The position numbers were made by a program, and so were the translations under genes. The notes under the pieces were generated by a model, which was not told the DNA's origin, ran no database searches, and saw only the letters and a list, made by a program, of their open reading frames with translations. A stretch of 62,941 nucleotides of DNA, filler included, from Octopus bimaculoides (taxonomy: Eukaryota), in NCBI RefSeq assembly GCF_001194135.2. It is 6 parts of 6 records of this genome, joined end to end, with 100 filler letters (N's around TTAATTAATTAA, not from the genome) between each part and the next. Parts side by side here need not be neighbours in the genome. Positions count along the whole stretch, not along the records: positions 53,396 to 58,077 come from NC_068994.1; positions 58,178 to 62,941 come from NC_068996.1; 4 more parts are not named here. One strand, 5' to 3'. This document shows, one piece after another, positions 53,396 through 62,941 of this stretch; within the stretch, counting starts at the first letter, position 1; each line of letters begins with the position of its first letter.

Positions 53396-54656
53396 CCTGT
53401 GTCTCTCTGTCCACTGCTTTCTTTAGAACTATTTTATATTCCTTTGATCCCATTGACTGTAGTTTGAATGTGTCGTCTTTGATATGACAGTTCACCTGTC
53501 CATTGTGTCCAACATCGTTGTCAGTGACCATCACATAAGCAATGAAACTACCAACTTTGATATCTTCCAGAATGGTGGCTGTGTTGTGATTCTGTGTAGA
53601 AATAAAGTTCACATCAATATTTGGAGGATTGTTCTGCTGGTTGATGACATTTACCATAACAGTGGCAATGGAACTGAGAGGAGGGTCGCCACCATCTCTG
53701 GCTTCTATGAATATTTTCGATGTATCCAATTTACCTAAATTTAAATTTGTAGACAATAAAATTTCTCCATTTTTTGTATTTAATGTAAAATATTTACTCG
53801 ATGTTTCAGACGTGATAGGACTAAAATAGTAAGATATTTCACCATTGTTGCCAATATCAAAGTCATAAGCAGATAATGTAACAATTGCCTTATGTTTTGG
53901 ATGTGTGTCATTTATACTAATTCTGTAAATTCTCTGAGAAAAAACAGGTGAATTATCATTAACATCTGAGATATTTATTTGAACATTTAGAATTGTTTGT
54001 TTTGGAGGATTCCCGCCATCTTCAGCAATAACTTCAATATTGTAAACATCTTTAATTTCTCTGTCTACTTTACCTTCCAAGACGATATCTAGGTGAGAAG
54101 TTCCATCCGCTCTTTTAAAATCTTGTAAAGTAAAAGGATAATTTCGTTTTTTCTTTAATTTGTACATAATTAATCGATTTTGACTCCCAACATCCTTGTC
54201 TGTGGCATCTGGGATTGATTTTCTCCTGTCTTGGCCATCCATTTCAGAAAACTGTAAGATGATATGATCTACAGGGAATTTAGGCCAGTGGTCATTGATG
54301 TCTTCGATAATGATTTTGATTTTTAGAATTTTTATAAACTGTTTTCCTTTGTGAGCTGCAACATTGATTGTTTGAATGCACTGTTTTTCAAGAATACAGA
54401 GAGCCTCAGCATCCAATGGATGAACAGTGAACATTTTCCCTGGTTTAGTGATATTAAATAGATGTCTTCCATTCTGCTGTAGCTGGATGAATGTAAGTAA
54501 GTGTCTTTCATGGTGTTTTAAACTGTCCCATAGACCAGAATCTTCTGCAATATCTCCAATGTAAGAATTAGCAGTATTTTCTTCCTCCACCATATAGATA
54601 AGTTCATTGTAACAACAGTGGAAGAAAGCCAGGAGGATACATAAATATGTTAACAT
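53396..54656 (-). CDS. Protocadherin, large ectodomain exon (signal peptide, EC1-EC3, N-terminal part of EC4); 3'-truncated by artificial spacer
   Basis: 420 open codons from ATG 54656. Hydrophobic leader MLTYLCILLAFFHCC; cadherin motifs VEEE, LDAE, Cys-X5-Cys (CILEKQC), DINDHWPKF, ATDKDVG, VDRE, AEDGG, DVNDNSPVF, AYDFDIG, ARDGG, VTDNDVG, VDRE. No introns across the repeats, as is typical of protocadherins. The trailing X...LIN* in the ORF track comes from the spacer. Confidence 0.96.
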
Positions 54657-54709
54657 TTTTAGTCAAGTTAGTGTAAGGTGCAGCATTTTATAGCAGTCAT
54701 TGTTTTCAT

Positions 54710-54730
54710 CTGAAAAAGATAAATGAAATA
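54710..54730 (-). promoter_or_regulatory. 3' splice acceptor of the 5'UTR intron of the protocadherin
   Basis: Minus strand reads tatttcatttatctttttcag|atgaaaaca... Confidence 0.7.
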
Positions 54731-55199
54731 GTGAAAACAAAATTAAGACACCATGTTTTTAAATTGATTGAAGAATAACATTTTATAGCTCCAAAATAAC
54801 AGTATTAGACTTATAGAGTAGAATGTAAGTTCTATATTTGTTCATGTATTACTAAACTAAGAATTAGATTCAATATTGAAAGAAAAATAATAGCCATAAT
54901 GCATTAATTCACAAGTCAACAATTTAACTGAAGTTGTAAAAGATTATGTCCAAAGGTATTTTATTTGTCATTTTACTGTACATTTCTCTGTCAGCAGGAG
55001 TTGGATAGGCTTCTCACTGCCATCTCATCTGCGAAGTCCCAAATCCTGAAACCTGATTTTGCTCACGGCCTATTTTACATATCCATCAAATCAAACTCAA
55101 CTCATTTTTTTTGTTCCATATAATAAAATTGTTTCCAGTGTTTCTCAAAAATATAGTTTGTCTCTGACAACATCTTAACAATTGGTAAGGAAGAGAACC

Positions 55200-55310
55200 A
55201 CATACTGGGGTCGATAAATTAAGTACCAGTTGTGTACAGGAGTCAATCTAATCAACTGGCCCCCTTCCCGCAAAATGTTGGGCCTTCTGCCTAGAGTAGA
55301 AAAGGATATA
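55200..55310 (+). mobile_element. 3' half of Nin-like SINE inside the putative protocadherin 5'UTR intron
   Basis: ggggtcgataaattaagtaccagttgtgtacaggagtcaatctaatcaactggcccc. Confidence 0.75.
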
Positions 55311-55594
55311 AATTCCATAAAGATGCTCCAAATTGATTGTATTTTATTTTTTGAAATTCTGTTATTCTTCAAATATACTTCTAATATCAATTTCTTATAT
55401 TGTTACAAGACTCCGTATATGTAAAGGAGGAGGTACTGCCAATTGAACTGGGTTTAAGTAAATACCTTGTATTTATTCTATTGCTTCAGGAGGAATGAAA
55501 GGCAAAGTTGTTTCTGGAGTAAATTGGAAACAGAATATAGAGATGAAAATAAATATGGACACGCAAGAAAATATTTATGAAAATATAAACTTAC

Positions 55595-55850
55595 ATTGAT
55601 TGTGTGTAAAATCCTTTGTTGTATAAACTGTGACTTGATCCCAGTGTGTTCTGTTGTTAATGGTTGTCTGTGTCACTGCTGCTATGGTGTGACAATGGCT
55701 TCATGTTGATGGAATAGTGTTGGTGGTGAGTCAGTGGGGAACCAGCAGTTCCTCTCAGTCTTCCTTTGTGGATGTGTGATGGCTTGAGAGTGTGTGAGAG
55801 TAAACGTGTATAAGTGTGTGTGTTGTGTGAGAGAGACTCGAGTGATGCTT
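55595..55850 (-). other. Probable non-coding first (5'UTR) exon of the protocadherin
   Basis: C/A-rich, less AT-rich segment ending in a strong donor CAAT|GTAAGT (G at 55594). It pairs with acceptor tatttcatttatctttttCAG (54712-54710), 53 nt upstream of the ATG. The 5' boundary is a guess. Confidence 0.55.
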
Positions 55851-56463
55851 ACTCCAGCCTCACTCAGAGTAAATGCTCTGTTTCCCTAAACATAGAGCAA
55901 AAGATAAGGGGAACATACAATATCTGTTCCATTAAGAGTCAGTTGTAAAAGGTCCATATAACACCAACATGATATAGAGAAGATAACTTTGATCATATCC
56001 ACTTGTGTAAAGAGAGAACAAAAGTATTTAGTATTTAGAAGAGGTTATTGTAAGTCAGTGTAACTAATGTTAGTAAAACATCCCTAACTGATAATGTAAT
56101 CAGAAGTTCTATGCAATCTAAATATGAATTATTTCCTGTAAGTGATAGGAATATTGAGAGAAGTATTCTAATTTGCCTTCCAAATATTAATTCAAATGTA
56201 TATGATTTGCCTAAAATTCTCAAAACTATGAATGAAATATTTATGATCCATTCATTTTGTTAAAATTAAAAATAAAATAATTGAATGAAATTAACCAAAA
56301 ATATATTTTTAAAAATTTGTTTTCTTAAAAATCAAATCATTAATACATTATCATTAATTAATACTTTCTCACTTAACTAATTTAAATAAACTGAATATGC
56401 TTTAGAACAATATTTTCAATGATGGCAATTTGTTTTACTGTTGCCAGGTTACCAATTCAAATG

Positions 56464-56582
56464 TCACTGATTTATAACATCTGGTGGTGAAGGCAACTGT
56501 CTCTCAGGGTTTTTTACATATCTCTCTTGGTATAGTTGTCCTTCATTACTGGCTGACATATCTGATCGGATAGTGTAATGTC
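56464..56582 (-). CDS. Terminal coding exon of the same upstream gene
   Basis: Acceptor atatatttcttgtttcAG. Read in phase 1 (matching the previous donor) it gives (G)HYTIRSDMSASNEGQLYQERYVKNPERQLPSPPDVINQ* with TGA at 56466-56464. Intervening intron 56583-56992 is GT..AG. Confidence 0.68.
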
Positions 56583-56992
56583 CTGAAACAAGAAATATAT
56601 CAACACCATTGGTCATTACACCAAACATTTTAATTGATGTTTCATTATTTTAATCCACTCTATGATATTTTATTTAATTTAGATGAGTTTTTATGCGTTC
56701 TAAGAGGCATTGACACAAATGAAAAGGAAATAATGATATTAATAAATGTATATTTATATTTCTAAATATAACTTAAAAAACCTAATTTTCTCCTTGGAAT
56801 TTACACACAACTACCATATATATTACACTGAACTCTCAAACAGATTAAACGCATCAAATATATAAAGTACTGCCTTCATAACAATTTGAACAGACAAAAT
56901 ACATGAGACTAGAAACTATATTTCTTCAAAATTTTCAAAAACTCTTTAGTAATACCACTTATATGAAAAGAAGAAATTACAAAGTCTCTTAC

Positions 56993-57143
56993 CTGACATT
57001 GCTGGTATTTCTTCATACTGTCTACTTGACCGCTCACTCCAGCACTGTCCACTACTCTTACGACTGGTCAATGTGTCAGTGGGATAATTAGAAGATGGTC
57101 TGTTATCTCCGTAAGATGTCACCTCAATGGGTTGACTGTATTT
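56993..57143 (-). CDS. Internal coding exon (151 nt) of an upstream same-strand gene; probable protocadherin cytoplasmic domain
   Basis: Acceptor ctttcattactcatcAG and donor ATGTCAG|GTAAGA. Encodes KYSQPIEVTSYGDNRPSSNYPTDTLTSRKSSGQCWSERSSRQYEEIPAMS(G), phase 0 in and phase 1 out. In-frame stops just upstream require splicing. Protocadherin identity is inferred from position and Ser/Thr/Tyr-rich composition. Confidence 0.7.
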
Positions 57144-58077
57144 CTGATGAGTAATGAAAGGCATTTATCAGTGAGTATGGTATAATACAAACATAGGCCA
57201 TAAACACAGCCCCTACTTCCAGACCACACCATTAAATAAAAAAAACATTGTGTTAATAAAATTGATAATATTAGTAATATTATATTAATTTTAACAGCTA
57301 ATTCTATGGTCAACCCTACTAAATTCACTGTAGAAATCAATACAAGAGAGTGTTCTCTAAAATTATTTGTTGCAGTGGATTTATTCCATGTCTGCAGAAT
57401 GAATGGAAATGACCACAGTTTAGTCCAATCAACAGAATTCTTGTTCTTCCTTATTTCAATCCTTAATAAGTTCAACTGAGTGATTCATGTTTAGCAATCC
57501 ATATAATAATTTGTTTATAATCATTTGTATTCATTAAATACAAAATAATTATTTCTGAGAAAAGATTCTAAACCCTGCTAAGCCCTTCCCCCTTGAATTT
57601 CCAATTTTGTTATTTTGCTTCTCTTCAGCTTTATTTAAGACTAGAAAACCGACAACAGAGAGAAGCACAGCTCCTGCAGCTCTAATCACAGTAAAATAAG
57701 TAATTTCCTCTAACAACTAATTAATAGATTGCTTGTATGACTAATCTTCTCCGTCCATTGACTCTGCATCATACATCTTTGGCTGATTCAGCCAACACCC
57801 ACCTCCCCCACCATTTCTATTACGGTGATAGTTATTTCCCTTCCACCATTACTTCCAGATACCAATGCAAACAGGAAATTGAATTTCCCCACCAATGTTG
57901 CCAGTGTTATGACCTTTCTAAGCTAAAAGACCCCAGAATTTCTGCTTCCCCCCCCCTCCAATTCTTACTTCCTCACTTCTTTCTTCTCTCTCCTTCATCC
58001 TTCCTCCCCACCCCTCTTTCCTATCTTTTACTTTTTCTTCTTTTCCTCTTTCCTTCCTTCCTCTTCCTTTCTCTTTT

Positions 58078-58177
58078 NNNNNNNNNNNNNNNNNNNNNNN
58101 NNNNNNNNNNNNNNNNNNNNNTTAATTAATTAANNNNNNNNNNNNNNNNNNNNNNNNNNNNNNNNNNNNNNNNNNNN
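58078..58177. other. Artificial assembly spacer (44N-TTAATTAATTAA-44N)
   Basis: Same 44+12+44 structure. Confidence 0.95.
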
Positions 58178-58395
58178 CAAAATGTTTCGTTAATGAAAAA
58201 TGTGGCCCCCGTTTTAAAAAAAGATCCGGAAGATCTCCAGAGACTCGACGTCATCTTGGCGAATGTAGAGGGACTGGCACGGAACCACCAGTGATGGAGG
58301 GTACTAGTAGACCTAGACGGCTTTACGCATGATGACATCTTTTGAACCGCTAAGCTGCGATGGCTCCCAGCTCCACCAAGCATGAGTACGTATAT

Positions 58396-58435
<40 letters not shown>

Positions 58436-58459
58436 TCACATAACTTCATCTCTCGCCAT

Positions 58460-58525
58460 CCATGGTCGATTAAATAAGTACCAGTCATGTACTGGGAACA
58501 TTATAGTTTACTGTTTCCATCCCTC
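58460..58525 (+). mobile_element. Nin-like SINE fragment
   Basis: ggtcgattaaataagtaccagtcatgtactggg. Confidence 0.55.
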
Positions 58526-60155
58526 AACCAGTTTTATCCATAGTCTCAGTTAACATACTTTCCAAAATATAAATTATACAGTTAATTTTTCCCGTGTGTA
58601 TGGATACACGTACCAGTAAAACTACTCGGATCAATATAGTTGGTTACATCTCTCAGTAAAATTGCTTTCGTTAGAAATTATTCTTGCATACTCTCTCTGC
58701 TTTCTACGGTTAAGTCTTGTTTATATAACATCTGGGGTTTTTTTTGCATTGAGGTAATTAGTGTAATGATAAATCTCTATTGATTTTGAGTTATATTACA
58801 CAGAAAAGTCAACCCTATTAATTCCTGACAGCTGTCCTAGTTGGCAGTGAACTTTATTTATGTAAGTAAATATATTTATATATACAAATGTCTCTCACCC
58901 CTCTCTAACTTTCGTTCTACACACACACACACGCACACACGCACACGCACGCACACACACACACACACACATACACACTCGCACACACAAATGTTACAGC
59001 TTTTAAACGAAAGATGGAGATATTCTCAATGTACGTTTTTAAGTTTATTCATACATATATACGCGCTAAGTGTCTGTCTGTCTGTCTGTATGTCTGTCTG
59101 TATGTATGTATGTATGTATGTATGCATGCATGCATGTACGTATTTGCACTGAAGTTTTGCCCACTGTTCGAGTTTCACAATCTGAGATTTTTCAGGTGTC
59201 TATCTTAAATATTCAAACGGTTACATTCAGTTTTGAAACTATCATTTTCATTAGTCTGTTTGTTTTTATTAGCTAATCCGTTTTCTGATGTTNNNNNNNN
59301 NNNNNNNNNNNNNNNNNNNNNNNNNNNNNNNNNNNNNNNNNNNNNNNNNNNNNNNNNNNNNNNNNNNNNNNNNNNNNNNNNNNNNNNNNNNNNNNNNNNN
59401 NNNNNNNNNNNNNNNNNNNNNNNNNNNNNNNNNNNNNNNNNNNNNNNNNNNNNNNNNNNNNNNNNNNNNNNNNNNNNNNNNNNNNNNNNNNNNNNNNNNN
59501 NNNNNNNNNNNNNNNNNNNNNNNNNNNNNNNNNNNNNNNNNNNNNNNNNNNNNNNNNNNNNNNNNNNNNNNNNNNNNNNNNNNNNNNNNNNNNNNNNNNN
59601 NNNNNNNNNNNNNNNNNNNNNNNNNNNNNNNNNNNNNNNNNNNNNNNNNNNNNNNNNNNNAGACACAGGCTGAATATACACAGCTTTTACAGATCCGTTC
59701 GTTCCTTCGATTTAGTCCCTATCTGTGCAACCCAGTTATCATTTGGTATAGTCACAAGATGTTGTAGTTGCATCTCTGTAGTGGAGTGATGTCTAACTAG
59801 TTATGGATATTCTGTACGATGTGCTTTTGGGGTTCTGTATGCAGCTGTAACCTTGGTAAACTTATGCTGGCAAAGTGCATGATACCTACGTTCGGTGAAA
59901 GATGTTTAGTAATTTTCAATCACAATAAATATATCTATCTATCGAAATAAAACAGTTTTGAAGCTTATAACTATTTCATTGAACTCTGTAGGTTACTTTG
60001 GCCACATGAAAATAGTTAACTGTTAGTTGGAGCTAAAGTTAAAATTTTTTAAATCCAACCATATCAAATAAAAGAGCCATTGCTATTAAAAGTATCCTTC
60101 ACTTCTAGAAATTGTATATCTGATCTCTGATCGCGTAATGTTTCTCTTTATTTTG

Positions 60156-60222
60156 CTCTCTCTCTCTCTCTCTCTCTCCCTCTCTCTCTCNNNNNNNNNN
60201 NNNNNNNNNNNNNNNNNNNNNN

Positions 60223-60284
<62 letters not shown>

Positions 60285-60285
60285 C
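60156..60285. repeat. (CT)n microsatellite with N gap
   Basis: Direct inspection. Confidence 0.93.
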
Positions 60286-60589
60286 CCCCTCTGTCATCCA
60301 ATATATTTCCCTATCTGTCGCGCCACCTTTCTTCCTCTCTCGCCCTGTCTCCATCTCGCTCTTTTATGCAATATATCTCCCTATCTAACCCTCTCTTTCC
60401 CTCTCTCAGTGTTTTCATCTTCTGAAGGTTCATTTCGATGGGCAACAGCCATATTCATCACGGTGGCCCGTCGAATTTGACGTTCCTGAAGGAAACCGCA
60501 CCATCCTATAGAGCTAAATTTTAGCTAATCCAGTTATTAATAAATTATTATTATTTCTGCTATATTTTTCGGTAAGTATATCCACACAT

Positions 60590-60597
60590 ACACACAG

Positions 60598-60680
<83 letters not shown>

Positions 60681-60700
60681 CACACACATATATATATATG
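60590..60700. repeat. (CA)n/(AT)n microsatellite
   Basis: Direct inspection. Confidence 0.93.
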
Positions 60701-60702
60701 AT

Positions 60703-60858
60703 CAGGGGTGGCTGTGTGGTAAGAAGTTTGTTTCTCAACCACATGATTCTAGATTCAAGCCTACTATTTGACACCTTGGGCAAAAGTCTTCTACTATAGC
60801 CTCAGGCCGACTGAAGCCTTACGAATGGATTTGCCAGATGGAATCTGAAAGAAGCCCA

Positions 60859-60897
<39 letters not shown>

Positions 60898-60900
60898 TGT
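60703..60900 (+). mobile_element. 5' head of CORE-like SINE running into (GT)n
   Basis: gtggctgtgtggtaagaagtttg..caccttgggcaaaagtcttctactatagcc..ctgaaagaagcccatcg. Confidence 0.82.
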
Positions 60901-61477
60901 GCTCGCACATGACCATCGGCCATCTTTCTTTTCCTAACTCAAATTTCTTTTCTTCCGATCAGCCGCAGGGATCAGACGCATTCTTGTCTGTCTCCTGTCA
61001 GAGCTTGTTCCGCCAGCGTTCGCCATTTCACCTCGTTTAGGCTTAGCAGCCCTTCCTGTTTGTTTTCACTATCCTGTTTTTGTTACCAACTTTGACCCTT
61101 TGCAAAATCCCAATTTTTACTTAATTTGCTTTGCGGGAGCAACTGTCTTGTTGAAGGCGTATCTTGTGAAATGCCCGGAATACGGAATAGAAAAAAACAG
61201 CCGACAACTGATAAAGGGTTGTTCTTTATGTTGCTTGTCTTGTTTTCCATTTGTTTCTTTCGTTGTTCGCAAAAAAAAGTTCGTAATCCATGTTTTCGTA
61301 TTTCTTATTTCATGTTGTTTACGTTCTGTGACGTCCTGTGCCCATATATGCATATGCATATACATATATATGTAAGTATGTCCATACATGTATGTATATA
61401 TGCATATATATACATATATTATTTATAATATTATATGATTGAACGCCACGCATCCATTTCCAAGTAAGTTTTTTCTT

Positions 61478-61715
61478 ATATGTGTGTGTGTGTGTGTGTG
61501 TGTGCGTGTGTGCATGTGTGTGTATGTATGTGTGTATGTATGTATGCATGTGTTTGCATGTATGTATGAATGTATGTATGTACGTATGTAATTACGTATG
61601 TTTGTATGTATGTATGAATGTATGTGTGTGAGTATGTATGTGTATATGTATGTATGTATGCATGTATGTATGTATGTATGTATGTATGTATGTATGTATG
61701 TATGTATTTATGTAT
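61478..61715. repeat. (GT)/(TATG)n compound microsatellite
   Basis: Direct inspection. Confidence 0.93.
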
Positions 61716-62476
61716 GGTGTAGCTGGAGGCTGAACGCATCGTTTCCAGTGCGTAAAGATTACAGCGAACAGATTAGTGAGCTAATAAGGTAAATTGTCCA
61801 CAATGGATGGTAGAGTACTGTAAGGAGCGCGATTAGAGTAGAATGAATAATACTTAGTAGAGAAATTGCGTTATAGAAAAATAGATTGAAGGAAATCTAG
61901 AGGATAGAATAGAAGGGCCATTAAGGAAAGGTATCAAAACCAATGCACAAGCAATAACCATTTCTTTCACCGCAGGACACGATGGTTGTGTTATCAGAGC
62001 TAGGGCACGTGCTTTAGGAACAGATGCTTCGATGGAATCGGGTGACACATGTACGACATTGCAATGAAGCCACACTATCGTCTCTGGGGAAACAAGGACA
62101 AGCGCGTGTCTCTCGGTTCCAAGTAGATGTCGTCGGTACCCTTCGAATACCATTTTGCTCAACTGTTCAAGGAGAGAGATGAACCTAAGATGATAAAGAA
62201 CTTTAGCGTCAACAGCGACGGCCTGCTGCGATTCACGACTGCAGATGCTAAGTATTACAAACATCTGAGCTACGTATAACATTAGAAGTTAAAAGCTACC
62301 TAGTTTGAGTGATCTATCTCTCAAGTCAAAGTCGCACTTGTTTGCCAACGTCTTGGCACGGCAGCAGAATAACATATTTTAAAATGTTAGATTAGCTGCT
62401 GTATTAAAAACAATTCTGTCCCGTTTTCATAGACAGGATCATTCGAATGTATATTGGCATCAGATTGATATTTAGC

Positions 62477-62477
<1 letters not shown>

Positions 62478-62542
<65 letters not shown>

Positions 62543-62585
62543 CACACACGCACACGCACACACACACACGCACACATACACACAT
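62478..62585. repeat. (CA)n microsatellite
   Basis: Direct inspection. Confidence 0.93.
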
Positions 62586-62607
62586 GTAGATGTTTTCATA
62601 TACATAT

Positions 62608-62740
62608 GTACGGCAGGCTTCTTTCAGTTTCCATCTACCAAATCCGCTCTCAAGGTTTTGGTAGAAGACGCTTGTCCAAGATGCTACTCCGAACAATATG
62701 GTTGCGAAGCAAGCTTCTTGCCACACAGTCATGTTTGCAC
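62608..62740 (-). mobile_element. 5' head of CORE-like SINE with internal deletions
   Basis: ggcttctttcagtttccatctaccaaatcc..agaagacgcttgtccaag..gccacacagtcatg. Confidence 0.78.
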
Positions 62741-62881
62741 TGCGTAGCGTGATCAAACTCAGAACTAGCGGGGAGAAAAACCCTACTCTAGACTTGCACC
62801 TATTGTTATTATTATTATTATTATAAATATTATTTAAGCAAATATACATTATATATTGATGCACATATGTGTGTCTGCTGG

Positions 62882-62927
<46 letters not shown>

Positions 62928-62941
62928 TATGTTAGAGGAGG

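Noticed and set aside
57330-57410. Additional minus-strand acceptor-like site (atttccattcattctgcag)
   Set aside because: No matching donor or convincing frame; cannot support an exon.
57119-57475. 118-aa minus ORF with a hydrophobic stretch, tempting as the protocadherin TM segment or a receptor
   Set aside because: The hydrophobic run comes from AT-rich low-complexity sequence, has no cadherin motifs, starts at a non-ATG codon and is out of frame with the 57143 exon; better read as intron.
58178-58382. GC-richer segment at a piece start, possibly a LINE coding fragment
   Set aside because: No diagnostic motif in any frame; left uncalled.

Overview
AT-rich, repeat-dominated eukaryotic DNA, most likely an octopus/coleoid cephalopod (inferred from the protocadherin style and SINE/LINE families). 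The window is not one continuous locus. Five artificial 100-bp spacers (44 N + TTAATTAATTAA + 44 N) split it into six pieces: 1-27924, 28025-41946, 42047-44677, 44778-53295, 53396-58077 and 58178-62941. The one clearly host-coding piece is 53396-58077. It holds a minus-strand protocadherin ectodomain exon (signal peptide, EC1-EC3, part of EC4; cut by a spacer) with a probable non-coding first exon and uORFs. Upstream on the same strand lie two phase-compatible exons, not resolved by the ORF track, that look like the cytoplasmic tail of a preceding gene, probably a tandem protocadherin. The rest is degenerate TEs: several Dong/R4-like LINEs, three Penelope-like fragments, RTE 3' ends, an L1/Tx1-like RT fragment, an internally deleted CsRn1-like Gypsy element (96.7% identical LTR segments, tRNA-Trp PBS), mariner relics, Helitron-like termini, at least three tRNA-SINE families and many microsatellites. 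Most ORFs in the track are artefacts of N runs or microsatellites. All family names come from motif recognition by eye; no database search was run.
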